DNA of 64,000 nucleotides from Desulfomicrobium sp. (GCA_040768745.1 JAXGMI010000002.1:192001-256000), one strand, 5' to 3'. Positions 1 to 9,828 are shown, counted from the first letter of the stretch. Numbers and translations are program-made. The notes: a model not told the origin generated them from the letters alone.

Positions 1-381
1 ACTGGGGTAGGCCGGGCCTTGAAACGCCGAAAGCCCGGCTTTCTGACCGTTGCCGTGGAGCCTGCGGCCTCCCCGCTTCTGAGTGGAGGTGCGCCGGGAC
101 CACATAAAATTCAGGGAATCGGTCCCAATTTTGTTCCTCAGGTCCTGGACCGCAGTGTTGTGGACCGCGTGGTTCAGGTGACCAATGAGGACGCCATGGT
201 CACGTCCAGAAGACTGGCCCGGGAGGAAGGCATCCTGTGCGGCATCTCCTCCGGCGCCAATGTCTGGGCCGCCCTGCAGCTGGCGTGTGAACCAGCAATG
301 GAAGGCAGGCTCATCGCCGCCATCATCTGTGACACGGGTGAGCGCTACCTCTCAACTGAACTTTTTGCCTCACAAGGTTGA
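1..381 (+). CDS. cysK: Cysteine synthase A (O-acetylserine sulfhydrylase), 5'-truncated by window edge
   Basis: Frame open from base 1 (TGVGRALK...); motifs [44 protein letters not shown]. Confidence 0.93.
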   Translation, partial: TGVGRALKRRKPGFLTVAVEPAASPLLSGGAPGPHKIQGIGPNFVPQVLDRSVVDRVVQVTNEDAMVTSRRLAREEGILCGISSGANVWAALQLACEPAMEGRLIAAIICDTGERYLSTELFASQG

Positions 382-383
382 AC

Positions 384-1277
384 ATGGCCAAATATCTCAA
401 AACCGACAGTGTCATTGGGGAGGTCGTGGAGCAGCTCTGCGCGCCCGAATCCTATCAGGGGGTCTATCATCAGCCCTCCTTTGGGTCACCCATGCCCTCC
501 ATTGAACTGCTGCACGACATCGTAGAGCGGCTCAGATCCGTGCTCTTTCCGGGATTCTTCAAGGAGCCTTTCATCACTCCGCAGAATATGGCTTATTTCG
601 TCGGGTCAAAGCTGGAGAAGGTCCGGCGCGAATTGACCCGGCAGGTGGAACGTGGGTTCTGCTTTGCCTGCGAAAAGGACGTGCAGTCCTGTTCCATGGA
701 CTGCACGGAGCGGGCCGAGCGTGTGGCCAACAATTTCCTGCTGACCCTTCCCCGCGTAAGGCATCTGTTGGCCACAGACGTGCAGGCAGCGTTCGCGGGG
801 GACCCTGCGGCCAAGAATCCAGGTGAAACGATTTTCTGCTACCCTTCCATCCGCGCCATGACCAACCACCGCATCGCCCACGAACTCCACGAGCTGGGTG
901 TGCCGCTCATCCCGCGCATCATCGCAGAGATGGCCCATTCCGAAACAGGCATCGACATCCACCCCGGAGCCACCATCGGTGAATCCTTCTTCATCGACCA
1001 CGGTACGGGCACGGTCATTGGCGAGACCTGTATCATCGGCAGGAATGTCCGGCTGTACCAAGGGGTGACGCTGGGGGCCAAAAGCTTCCCCAAGGGCGAG
1101 AACGGGCACTTGGTCAAAGGCATTCCCCGCCACCCCATCGTCGAAGACAATGTGACCATCTATTCCGGGGCGACCATCCTGGGCCGCATCACCATTGGCC
1201 AGGGGGCGGTCATCGGGGGCAATGTCTGGGTGGTGGACGATGTGTCCCCGGGCAGCAAGGTGTACAGCAACCGCTGA
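384..1277 (+). CDS. cysE: Serine O-acetyltransferase
   Basis: GDPAAK, HSETGIDIHPGA, FFIDHGTGTVIGET, YQGVTLG, RHP hexapeptide-repeat motifs; directly after cysK; ATG 384 with AAGG upstream (ORF could start at TTG 378). Confidence 0.92.
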   Translation: MAKYLKTDSVIGEVVEQLCAPESYQGVYHQPSFGSPMPSIELLHDIVERLRSVLFPGFFKEPFITPQNMAYFVGSKLEKVRRELTRQVERGFCFACEKDVQSCSMDCTERAERVANNFLLTLPRVRHLLATDVQAAFAGDPAAKNPGETIFCYPSIRAMTNHRIAHELHELGVPLIPRIIAEMAHSETGIDIHPGATIGESFFIDHGTGTVIGETCIIGRNVRLYQGVTLGAKSFPKGENGHLVKGIPRHPIVEDNVTIYSGATILGRITIGQGAVIGGNVWVVDDVSPGSKVYSNR

Positions 1278-1298
1278 ACCTGTCCCAACAGGTGCTTC

Positions 1299-1340
1299 AG
1301 AAACCGTCTCCGGAAAGATCGGAGACGGTTTCTTGTTTTC
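1299..1340. terminator. Intrinsic terminator hairpin between convergent cysE and K+ channel genes
   Basis: agaaaccgtctccg-gaaagat-cggagacggtttct, 14-bp perfect stem followed by tgttttc. Confidence 0.75.
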
Positions 1341-1383
1341 GTGAATGGGACCGAGGCGATGTTGTGGTCGGCCAGGAGCCGGT

Positions 1384-3084
1384 TCAGGCCGACTGGTAGC
1401 TTTCGGCAAACTTGCGTTCGGCCTCAGCAGTGCCGATGAGGATCAGTTCGTCACCCGGAAGAGGGATGGTGGATGGGTCAGGGTTGATGATCATCCGTTC
1501 TTCCCGTTTGATGGCGATGATACTGCATCCCGTGTCCTCGCGGATGCGCTGGTCCTGCAGGGATTTGCCCAGGATGGATTGGCCGGGAATGGATCGGAAG
1601 ATGTTCAAGCCTTCGGAGATCATGAGCAGTTTCTCTGGGCGCAGCAGATTGAGAATAGTCGTGGTGCAGAGAGAGGAAAAAGACATGACCAGATTGGCTC
1701 CGGCCCGGTGCAGGGTGTTGATGTTGCGATCCAGACTGGCCCGGCTGATGATCTGCGCGTCTGGCCTCAGCCGGCGGCAGTAGATGGTGAGGAAGATGTT
1801 CAGGTCGTCGTCATGGGTGGTGATGATGATTGAAGGCGTTTCGTTGATGCCGGCTTGGATCAGCACGTCCAGGTCCGCGGCGCTGCCCTGGATGATTCGT
1901 GCATCATCGTGGGTGCGGGTCGCTTTCTTTTCCACCACGCGGTAGTCGATGTTCATGCGCCCCAGGGTCGAGGCTACGGACATGCCGACCCTGCCCCCAC
2001 CCAGGACCAGGACCGGTCCTGAAGATTGGCCGTCTGGTCGGGCAGCCCCCATGAGCTGATCAAATTCCTCCAGTTGCATCTCGGACCCAGCCAGGACCAG
2101 GACTGTGGACGCCTCGATGCGGGTGGACGGGGAGGGCAGCTGAAACCGGCCCTGTTCCCACAGGCCCACCACATTGACACCGGTCAGCTGGCGCAGCCTC
2201 GTTTCAGCCAGGGTCCTGTCCTGCAGCGGGGAACGCATGGCCGGGGCCTCGGCAATGAGCAGTTCATCGAATTTACCGATGACGTTGGCCTCCATGCGCA
2301 GCCCCAGTACCCTCCGGGCCAGGACCTGGCCCAGCATTTTGGTGAACTGGAACGTATGGGTGCTGCCGGCCAGCTTCAGGATGTCCAGGGAATCTTCCTG
2401 ATCAGCGTTGGTGACCGTGACCACGCTGTCCGAAACTTCCCGGATGGTGAAAATGATGTTGGTGCTGACCACATCGTCGTTCATGACCACGACCATGGCC
2501 GCCGCATCCACCCGCAGTCGGCGGTACGTCTCGGGATCGTCGAGCTCGCCGACCACGACACGCAGTCCTGTTTCATGCAGGTTCAGGGCCTGCTGCAAAT
2601 CAGGAATGAGCACCACGTAAGGAATATTGTACTGATTCAGCTTCTCCACCAGATTGAGAGCGACTGCGTCGAAATGGGTCAGGATGACGTGCCCGGACAT
2701 GGTCTCGGGGACAGCACGGGGCGCTCTGGCCTTGTTCTGTTCCTCCAGCCAGGGGGCATAGAAAAATTGGATGAAGGTGAAGGGCAGCACGATGAGCAGA
2801 AAGATGAGTCCGCTCAACAGCACGATGATGGAAAACAGGCGGCCCAGATCCGTGGTGAAGGTGATGTCGCCGAAGCCGAGGGTGGTCATGACCGTCAGGG
2901 TCCAGTAGAAGCCCGTCAGCCAGGAATGGCGTTGGCCCTCGTAGAGCATGAGAAAATGGAACAGTGTGCTGAAAACGATGAAAAATCCCAGCAGTACAAG
3001 GAGGAAACGCGACATCAGCCGGGTATTGCTGCGGTGCCTGGCCTGATTGACCAGCGCCGTCATCTGCGAAATCATGAATTTCAC
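1384..3084 (-). CDS. Potassium channel protein with 2TM pore and tandem TrkA-N/TrkA-C (RCK) domains
   Basis: Filter TVMTTLGFGD, GGGRVG Rossmann motif, two RCK repeats; GTG at 3084 with GGAGG RBS (the ORF-track extension to 3699 overlaps another gene). Confidence 0.88.
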   Translation of the reverse strand: MKFMISQMTALVNQARHRSNTRLMSRFLLVLLGFFIVFSTLFHFLMLYEGQRHSWLTGFYWTLTVMTTLGFGDITFTTDLGRLFSIIVLLSGLIFLLIVLPFTFIQFFYAPWLEEQNKARAPRAVPETMSGHVILTHFDAVALNLVEKLNQYNIPYVVLIPDLQQALNLHETGLRVVVGELDDPETYRRLRVDAAAMVVVMNDDVVSTNIIFTIREVSDSVVTVTNADQEDSLDILKLAGSTHTFQFTKMLGQVLARRVLGLRMEANVIGKFDELLIAEAPAMRSPLQDRTLAETRLRQLTGVNVVGLWEQGRFQLPSPSTRIEASTVLVLAGSEMQLEEFDQLMGAARPDGQSSGPVLVLGGGRVGMSVASTLGRMNIDYRVVEKKATRTHDDARIIQGSAADLDVLIQAGINETPSIIITTHDDDLNIFLTIYCRRLRPDAQIISRASLDRNINTLHRAGANLVMSFSSLCTTTILNLLRPEKLLMISEGLNIFRSIPGQSILGKSLQDQRIREDTGCSIIAIKREERMIINPDPSTIPLPGDELILIGTAEAERKFAESYQSA

Positions 3085-3221
3085 GCGCTGCCTCCTGCAG
3101 TGGGGTCGGGTGCCAATCCCAGGGTCCGTTCCCGTTGGCAGAGGACCTGGCACATGGCCTGGGCCTGCTTGGTGTGGAGCAGACCGTTGGTCGCTGCCTC
3201 GTCGAGGAGGATCAGTTTCAT
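3081..3221 (-). CDS. Putative 46-aa small protein overlapping K+ channel start
   Basis: MKLILLDEAATNGLLHTKQAQAMCQVLCQRERTLGLAPDPTAGGSA; GGAG upstream; its TGA overlaps the channel GTG (GTGA). Confidence 0.35.
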   Translation of the reverse strand: MKLILLDEAATNGLLHTKQAQAMCQVLCQRERTLGLAPDPTAGGSA

Positions 3222-3365
3222 GGTCGGCTCCAAAAGGTGGGGAAGGAGGCCTGTACGCGTCGGGCAGGTGTACTTGGCGCAGATGTACTGAACATGGACC
3301 GATTCTTATCCCTGAAGGAAAAATGCAGCAAGAACTCAATGCCTCCCGCAAGCCAGGACAGACCC

Positions 3366-4325
3366 TCACACGGTCAGCACAAGCCCCTTCTCGGCGGCTT
3401 TGGAGAGGGCAAGGGAGCAGATGGCGATATCCTGTAACGCCATGCCTGAACTGTCGTACACGGTGATCTGCGCATCGGAGGTGCGCCCTGGGGCTCCGTT
3501 CAGCACCGCACCGATGGGCGTGATGCGGTCCATCCCGATGCGACCCTCCTTGAAGGCGGTCTGGTATTCCCCGATGGAAACCGACTGCTGGACCACGTCG
3601 GCAAAAAGAGAGGCCGAGGCTGTCAGGTTCGAGTCTAGTTCCTGCTTGCCTACCTGATCGGCGCCCATGGCCGAGACATGTGTCCCCGGCCGGACCCATT
3701 CCGCCCTGAAAAGGGGTTCGCGGGCAGCGGTGACCGTGGCGATGATATCAGCCGCAGAGACAGCCTCCCGCACTGGGACTGCCTCGGCTGGGAGGTCGAG
3801 CTCTGCACGGATCCGCCTGGCGAATGCCTCTCCAGCCAGGGTCGACCGGTTTGCCACCAATACCCGGTCTATGGGGCGGACCTCGCGGATGGCCAACAAC
3901 TCGAACCAGGCTTGGTGTCCCGCACCCAGAAGAGCCAGGGTGCGGCTATCGGTTCGGGCCAACAGGCGGACGGCCACGGCATCCGATGCGGCCGTGCGCA
4001 GCGAAGTCAGGTGCGACGCGGACACAAGGGCTTTGGGGAATCCTGTTTCCGGATCAAGCAGCAACGTGGTGGACGCGTGGGCCTTGAGGCCTTGGGCGCG
4101 ATTGTCCGGCCAGTAGCTGCCGACCTTGAGGCCCACCTTCCGGCTGCCTTGGATCAAGCCGCTCTTGATGCTGAACGATGTTCCGGGATCAGGGCCATGC
4201 CCTTGTACGACCGGGAAAACCTCGGCCAGGCCTTGCCCGTATTCGCGGAACATGGCGTCGATGGCCTCAATGGCGTCGGCCACGGACACAACTTGGGCGG
4301 CGACTTCCTCACTGACAAACTGCAT
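3366..4325 (-). CDS. Ornithine cyclodeaminase/mu-crystallin family NAD(P)-dependent imine reductase, iminosuccinate reductase (BhcD)-like
   Basis: FPVV, GLKVGSYWPDN, LTSLRTAA, GAGHQ, AMGAD..GKQEL, QSVSIGEYQ, YDSSGMALQD; GGAGG RBS before ATG 4325. Confidence 0.85.
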   Translation of the reverse strand: MQFVSEEVAAQVVSVADAIEAIDAMFREYGQGLAEVFPVVQGHGPDPGTSFSIKSGLIQGSRKVGLKVGSYWPDNRAQGLKAHASTTLLLDPETGFPKALVSASHLTSLRTAASDAVAVRLLARTDSRTLALLGAGHQAWFELLAIREVRPIDRVLVANRSTLAGEAFARRIRAELDLPAEAVPVREAVSAADIIATVTAAREPLFRAEWVRPGTHVSAMGADQVGKQELDSNLTASASLFADVVQQSVSIGEYQTAFKEGRIGMDRITPIGAVLNGAPGRTSDAQITVYDSSGMALQDIAICSLALSKAAEKGLVLTV

Positions 4326-4339
4326 GGTATTCCTCCGTA

Positions 4340-5509
4340 TCACCAGCCGGAAAAACGCGGCCAGACTTCCGTCACGTCGTTTCCGCCGGTGCCGATGACA
4401 TGATAGCATCTGTGTTGCGTGGCCGTTGCGCATGCATGGCTGGGAAGGATCCGCAGTTTTTTTCCCACCGGCAGGTGGGGACTATCGCCAGCAGCGCCCG
4501 GGCGTCGGGCCACAATGCCATGTTCCTGGTTGACAGCGATGACGATGAGGTCCGGGATGGGGCTCCCTGATTCATCGCAGACCACGCCATAGCCCTGGTC
4601 CACGGCCTGGGTCGCTGTGCCCCTGTCGCTGGATAGCGCGGTCCAGCCTGCATCGACCAGGGTCCAGCCTTTTGCGTGCTGGTGGCCGATGACCGTGGTC
4701 AGCACGGAAAGGGCGATGTCGTCCACCGTGCAGACTCCGATTCCGGCCTGCACCAGGTCGAAAAATACATACACCCCGGCCCGGACTTCCGATACTCCGG
4801 CATAACTGGACGCAGAGAGGGCCGTGGGCGTCGAGCCCACGCTGACCACCGGGCAGGCCCAACCGGCCGCGCGCAGGCTTTCTGCAGCCATGACAGCGGC
4901 CATACGTTCCTGCTCTGCCGCCGCGATGAGGGCCGCTCTCCCCTTGGCCTCGTAGCTCTCCCCTGCATGGGTCAGGACTCCGCGCAGTTGCGCCGCCGGG
5001 GTCAGCGTGCGCGCGATAGACACGAGGAGGGATGTGTCGTCGGGTTTTACCCCGGACCGATGGCCATCGCAATCCAGCTCTATCAGCACTGGTACGGGAT
5101 CTGCCGGGTCAGAAACAGCCGCCACTGCGGCAGCCTGTTCCACGCTGTCCAGAAGGATACTGAGATCCACCCCTCGGCTGCGGAGTGTCTGCACCCTTGG
5201 CAGTCTGTCCGGGGCTATGCCCACGGCATAGGTGATGTCCGTCACGCCATGATCTGCCAGCTCTTCGGCCTCGCGCAGGGTGGAGACCGTGGCTGGTCCA
5301 TGGGGCGTCGGCATCATCCTGCGGGACACCTCAATGGACTTGGCGGTTTTGAGATGCGGGCGGAAACCGACTCCGGCGGAGAGCAGGCGGTCGCGCAGGC
5401 GGGAGATATTCAGGTTCATCCGCTTTTCGTCAAGAAGCAGGCACGGCGTGTCCAACAATCCCATGCTGCACGGCCAGGCTGGTTTTTTGCACGAGCTGAA
5501 GATGTGCAT
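4340..5509 (-). CDS. Fold-type III PLP enzyme (DSD1 family), D-threo-3-hydroxyaspartate dehydratase-like
   Basis: RPHLKTAKS (PLP Lys), ELDCDGHRSG, VLTHAGESY, VSVGSTPT, EVRAGVYVFFD, NQEHG, HAC metal motif; GGGAG RBS. Confidence 0.85.
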   Translation of the reverse strand: MHIFSSCKKPAWPCSMGLLDTPCLLLDEKRMNLNISRLRDRLLSAGVGFRPHLKTAKSIEVSRRMMPTPHGPATVSTLREAEELADHGVTDITYAVGIAPDRLPRVQTLRSRGVDLSILLDSVEQAAAVAAVSDPADPVPVLIELDCDGHRSGVKPDDTSLLVSIARTLTPAAQLRGVLTHAGESYEAKGRAALIAAAEQERMAAVMAAESLRAAGWACPVVSVGSTPTALSASSYAGVSEVRAGVYVFFDLVQAGIGVCTVDDIALSVLTTVIGHQHAKGWTLVDAGWTALSSDRGTATQAVDQGYGVVCDESGSPIPDLIVIAVNQEHGIVARRPGAAGDSPHLPVGKKLRILPSHACATATQHRCYHVIGTGGNDVTEVWPRFSGW

Positions 5510-5672
5510 ACGGTCTGCTCCCTGAAGAGGTACACGATCTCGAAGAAATGGGCACGATTCGGTTTATGCTGAAACCATGGAGGAGGGCAGATCTCCCTGG
5601 ATTTGACAAAGAGAGTCCCTACGCTTCGTTCACCATTCTTGATCAATAACGAGAAAAGGTTTATGAAAAAAC

Positions 5673-5969
5673 ATGGTTAATTACACTATTGAACACATCA
5701 AAGGCATCGAGGAATTCTACGGCAGCATTGGCGACGCAGTCCGGAGGGCCATTGCCATCGAGAAAGAGTTCCGGCCCGCCTTGGGCGTCACCGTCAGTCT
5801 GGGGCGGGAGCTGCTCTGCGAGGTCATCGACGGCGTGGCGGACAAAACTTCTGATGCATGGTGGATCTGGCACGATGAGGACCCCAGACGCTGGTCTGAC
5901 ACCGAAGTCGAGGCCGTGCAGCGATGCGAGTCCTGGATGGCCGGTAAATCGGACGACGGGCCATTCTGA
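5673..5969 (+). CDS. Hypothetical acidic, Trp-rich protein (98 aa)
   Basis: ORF filling the gap between two minus-strand genes with plausible composition; no recognisable motif. Confidence 0.5.
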   Translation: MVNYTIEHIKGIEEFYGSIGDAVRRAIAIEKEFRPALGVTVSLGRELLCEVIDGVADKTSDAWWIWHDEDPRRWSDTEVEAVQRCESWMAGKSDDGPF

Positions 5970-6258
5970 ATTCAGGGCAGTTCCGTTCAGTTCCATCGGC
6001 GAGATCTCCTGCCAGCCTCCCCCCGTGAGACATGTCTCGAAACAGGCCACCCGTGGGATGCTTTCAGAATGGAGAAGTCCCTGACTCCATCGGGTTTATG
6101 TTCTTTTCCGGGAAATGTTGCGGGGCACAGGTCCTGTTGAGACAGGCGACAAGACTTTCCGCTGCCGCCATGTCGCCATGCAGATGCCAGTCCCCGGCCA
6201 GAAAACATAGAGTTCTGATGTCCCTTGCCTCAGCGGCGTTGCGTTTACAGCCCCTGTT

Positions 6259-6675
6259 TCAGCATGTTGCTGTCCCGAGAAGAGGGCGGTTTTTGCGGAA
6301 AGAATTCTTGAGTATGATCTTGCCCTTCCGGAAGGTCAACAAGTCGCAGCCATTGACTTCGATACGGTTCCCGTCAGATCGTGTTCCGGTGAACGTCCAC
6401 TCCGACACGCCCATATTCCCGGAAACAAAATGCCGCGCATTTCTCCACTGTGCATCAGGATAGGTTGCCCATGCTTCTGTGAATCCTGCCCGCACAGCCT
6501 CAGAACCTTCATATCTCTTGCCGCAAGCATCCGGACCTGCGGAGGATTCAAACGCACAGTCCTCAGCCATGAATGACATAATCGCTTCAATGTCGTGGCG
6601 ATTCCACGCATCAGCGAATGCTTGCAACAATGTTACTGTGATATCAGCTCCAGTTTCTGTCATAAAATTTACCAT
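6259..6675 (-). CDS. SnoaL-like / NTF2-fold protein
   Basis: AFADAWNRHDIEAIMSFMAEDC, GVSEWTFTGT, EVNGCDLLTF; start may be ATG 6663. Confidence 0.85.
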   Translation of the reverse strand: MVNFMTETGADITVTLLQAFADAWNRHDIEAIMSFMAEDCAFESSAGPDACGKRYEGSEAVRAGFTEAWATYPDAQWRNARHFVSGNMGVSEWTFTGTRSDGNRIEVNGCDLLTFRKGKIILKNSFRKNRPLLGTATC

Positions 6676-6718
6676 ATACAGTAATTAAAATCATATAAAG
6701 ATAATCTTAAATATAATC

Positions 6719-7096
6719 TTATTTGAGTGCAGCAATCAGTTCTATTTCTATCATTGCTCCTAATGGCAGCGCGCTCACAGCGACACAGCTTCTGGACGGA
6801 TACGGCTCGCTAAATATCGTTTTATAGACTTCGTTGATGGCAGGAAATTGACCCATATCAATAATAAAAATGGTCACCTTGACAACAGTATCCATCCCGG
6901 CGCCTGCAGCTTCGACAATCGCCTTGAGATTTGCAAAGCACTGGCGTGTGGCATCGGTGATGTCTGTGGACAATTGTTTTGTCTCAGGATGCAGGGGTAC
7001 CTGGCCTGAAGTAAAAACGAAGCCGTTGCTGATCACAGCTTGGGAGTACGGCCCGACGGCGGGCGGTGCATCTGGGCTGACAACTGTCTTTCGCAT
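6719..7096 (-). CDS. ridA: RidA family enamine/imine deaminase
   Basis: APPAVGPYSQA, TSGQVPL, KVTIF, FPAINEVY, PSRSCV (catalytic Arg), LPLGAMIEIE; GAGG RBS before ATG 7096. Confidence 0.88.
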   Translation of the reverse strand: MRKTVVSPDAPPAVGPYSQAVISNGFVFTSGQVPLHPETKQLSTDITDATRQCFANLKAIVEAAGAGMDTVVKVTIFIIDMGQFPAINEVYKTIFSEPYPSRSCVAVSALPLGAMIEIELIAALK

Positions 7097-7156
7097 AAAC
7101 ACCTCTCGATCGTTGATTGTGTAAAGTGGGAGGTCGCAATTTTGGGAATCTTGCGC

Positions 7157-7948
7157 CTACAAAACCAGCTCCGAAGCTTCGGTGATTTGATGCCGCAGTT
7201 TGAGAAACTCCATGTCTGTGGGTTCACGAGGCCTGTCCAGATCCACATTGTACACCTGCATTCCCATGCGTCCCGGCAGTTTGCCCTCCATGGTCACGAT
7301 TCGATCCCCGAGAATGATGGCCTCGTCGATGTTGTTGGTCACAAAGATCACGGTGCGCTTGTCGGTCTGCCAGATACGCTCGGTTTCCTTCTCCATGAAG
7401 AGACGGGTCTGGGCATCCAGCTGTCCGAAGGGCTCGTCCAGCAGCATGACCTGGGGCTTGTTGGCATAGGCCCGGGCAATGCCCACCCGTTGTTTCATTC
7501 CTCCACTGAGCTGATGGGGATAATGTTTCTCGAATCCGGTCAAACCGACTAGATCAATATAGTGTTGTGCAATCCTGCGGCGCTCTTCCCTGGGTACCCC
7601 GGACAGTTTTGGCCCCATTTCCACGTTGCCCAGCACTGTCCGCCAAGCGAACAGCATGTAGCTTTGGAAGACAAGTCCACGATCTGGACCAGGACCTTCG
7701 ATCGGTTTGTCATCCAGAAATGCCTTGCCTTCAGTCGGGGTTTCCAGGCCTGCAATGATGCGCAGAAGCGTGCTTTTACCGCTCTGACCCGGCCCCAGGA
7801 TGACGAGGAATTCGTTCTCGTACACGTCCAGGGAGATGTTTTCCAGAACATGGACCTGCTGGTCACCCTTCTGGATGAATATTTTCCGAATATTTTCGCA
7901 GGAGATTTTAACTTTTTGTGTTGCAATATTATCCTTCACCTGTCTCAT
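7157..7948 (-). CDS. ABC transporter ATP-binding protein (TauB/SsuB/NitT family) with variant Walker A and H-loop
   Basis: GPGQSGKST, LSGGMKQR, LLDEPFG, IFVTNN. Confidence 0.9.
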   Translation of the reverse strand: MRQVKDNIATQKVKISCENIRKIFIQKGDQQVHVLENISLDVYENEFLVILGPGQSGKSTLLRIIAGLETPTEGKAFLDDKPIEGPGPDRGLVFQSYMLFAWRTVLGNVEMGPKLSGVPREERRRIAQHYIDLVGLTGFEKHYPHQLSGGMKQRVGIARAYANKPQVMLLDEPFGQLDAQTRLFMEKETERIWQTDKRTVIFVTNNIDEAIILGDRIVTMEGKLPGRMGMQVYNVDLDRPREPTDMEFLKLRHQITEASELVL

Positions 7949-8007
7949 ACCATCCTACGGTTTCTGATTGCTCCGATCACGGTATTGTGCAGTCTGCCAG
8001 GCATGCA

Positions 8008-8853
8008 TCACAAGCCTTCAATTTCGCGTTTCCATGGGCACAAAAGCTTTTCCAGGTGAGCCAGGGCCTCGGAGGAAAGCCACGCCACCAGCGCAATGAT
8101 CAGCATCCCGCCGATGACCATTTCGGGTTTGGTTTGCTTCATGCCCTGCACGATGATCCATCCCAACCCGGATCTGGCGCTGACCAGTTCGGCGGCCAGC
8201 ACGCAGGTCCAGCCGATACTGAGGGAAATCTGCAATCCGGCGAAGATGGCCGGGAAAGCGGCTGGAAAGCTGACCTGGAAAATTTCGTCCCGGGACTTGC
8301 CGCCCAATGAACGCACCACATCGTACAGCTCCGGCTCGATAAGGCGAATGCCGTTGTAGGAGTTGAGCAAGCAAGGCACGAAGGTGCCGATGACGATGAT
8401 GAAGACTTTGGATGCTTCACCGATTCCGAACCAGAGAATGGCAATGGAAACCCAGGCAATGGGGGGCATGGGTTTGAAAAGATCGAACACGGGTTTGATG
8501 ATGGCGTTGGCGGTGCGGTTAAGGGCCATGAACAACCCGAGGGGCACGCCCACGAGAGAGGCCAGGATGAATCCGATCAGGATGCGTTGGGTGCTGGCCC
8601 AGATGTGCCCCCAAAGTGTTTGGCCGGCCAGTTCGGTGGATGTCAGGCGGTAGAGTTCCTTTATGACGGCATAGGGTGTGGCCAGAGATTTCCCAAGGAT
8701 CTGTTCGGCCGCGACCCAGTGCCAGATGGCCACAAAAGCCACGCTGGAGACAACGTAGAGGAAATATTCGTTGCGGATCAGGGCCAGCAGGGAGAATTCC
8801 TTCTTTTCCCGGACATTTTGGACAATTTCATTGGCGACAGTGCTCGTGCTCAT
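8008..8853 (-). CDS. ABC transporter permease (TauC/SsuC family)
   Basis: KPMPPIAW..ILWFGIGE, WTCVLAAELV..RSGLG; multiple TM segments. Confidence 0.9.
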   Translation of the reverse strand: MSTSTVANEIVQNVREKKEFSLLALIRNEYFLYVVSSVAFVAIWHWVAAEQILGKSLATPYAVIKELYRLTSTELAGQTLWGHIWASTQRILIGFILASLVGVPLGLFMALNRTANAIIKPVFDLFKPMPPIAWVSIAILWFGIGEASKVFIIVIGTFVPCLLNSYNGIRLIEPELYDVVRSLGGKSRDEIFQVSFPAAFPAIFAGLQISLSIGWTCVLAAELVSARSGLGWIIVQGMKQTKPEMVIGGMLIIALVAWLSSEALAHLEKLLCPWKREIEGL

Positions 8854-8858
8854 CTATA

Positions 8859-9653
8859 TTATCTCCTGATCCCGGCCAGCAGGCGTTTTTCCAAGACATC
8901 GATAATGACGCCGATCAATGATCCACCCAGGCCGACAGTGACCATACCCAGCACCACCATTTCAGGCATGGCCAGACGACGGCCCATGCTGATGAGGTAT
9001 CCCAGGCCCTGGTCAGCAGCCAGCAGTTCGGCTCCAACCAGGTTGGTCCAGCAGCACACCAGCGCGATTTGCAGGGCTCCGAAGACCATAGGCAGGGCCG
9101 AAGGGACGCAGATCTTGGTGAATATCTGCCAGTCGCTGGCACCGTACGTGCGGGCCATCTGAATGAGGGTGGGATTGGTCATCTTGACTCCGACCCAGGC
9201 GTTGATGACACAGGGCACGATGCCGGCGATCCAGATGATGAAGACCTTTCCCCAGAGACCGATTCCGAACCAGAATATGCACAAAGGAATCCAGGCAATG
9301 GGGGGAATAGGCCGGATCAGTTCGAAGAGAGGGCGGAACATGCCGCGCACCGTCGTGAACCAGCCCATGAGCAGGCCCAGCGGCAAACCCACGAGCAAGG
9401 AGAGAAGGTATCCAGTGCCTGCTTCCTTGAGGCTCATCCATGCGTGTTGGCTCAGTACGGCCCCGTCCGGATTGGGCTCCGTCAGTTTGTAAATAAAGAA
9501 TTTGACCACCTGCGAAGGAGAGGCGAGCATTGTCTCAGGGACAATGCCGGACTGGACGACGAACTCCCACAATCCGAAAAAAAGGGAGATGCTGATTATC
9601 GGCAGGATCTTGAGGGAGAGTGGCGTTTTTACGTGCACATGTTGATAGGCCAT
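8859..9653 (-). CDS. ABC transporter permease (TauC/SsuC family)
   Basis: RPIPPIAWIP..FWFGIG, ARTYGAS, VGAELLAADQGLG. Confidence 0.9.
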   Translation of the reverse strand: MAYQHVHVKTPLSLKILPIISISLFFGLWEFVVQSGIVPETMLASPSQVVKFFIYKLTEPNPDGAVLSQHAWMSLKEAGTGYLLSLLVGLPLGLLMGWFTTVRGMFRPLFELIRPIPPIAWIPLCIFWFGIGLWGKVFIIWIAGIVPCVINAWVGVKMTNPTLIQMARTYGASDWQIFTKICVPSALPMVFGALQIALVCCWTNLVGAELLAADQGLGYLISMGRRLAMPEMVVLGMVTVGLGGSLIGVIIDVLEKRLLAGIRR

Positions 9654-9751
9654 CGATTTTCCCCTGATTCGTTGGACCTGCGGGAGTTGCCAGAGCTGAC
9701 AGGCACCGTTCTCAACCCAGGACCGTCATTGCTTCACTATAACTTGAATGG

Positions 9752-9783
9752 GGTGGCGGCAGGCGACTTGCGCCGCCGCCACC
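9752..9783. terminator. GC-rich hairpin downstream of the binding-protein gene (mRNA-stabilising or partial terminator)
   Basis: ggtggcggc-a-ggcg-acttg-cgcc-gccgccacc; no U-tract. Confidence 0.45.
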
Positions 9784-9828
9784 ACTTGGGATCAATTCAC
9801 GTGTCAGCTCTGAATTGCCCAGGACACG

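Noticed and set aside
3085..3699. N-terminal extension of the K+ channel ORF (771 aa in the track)
   Set aside because: Overlaps the OCD-family gene, and a good RBS plus GTG exists at 3084
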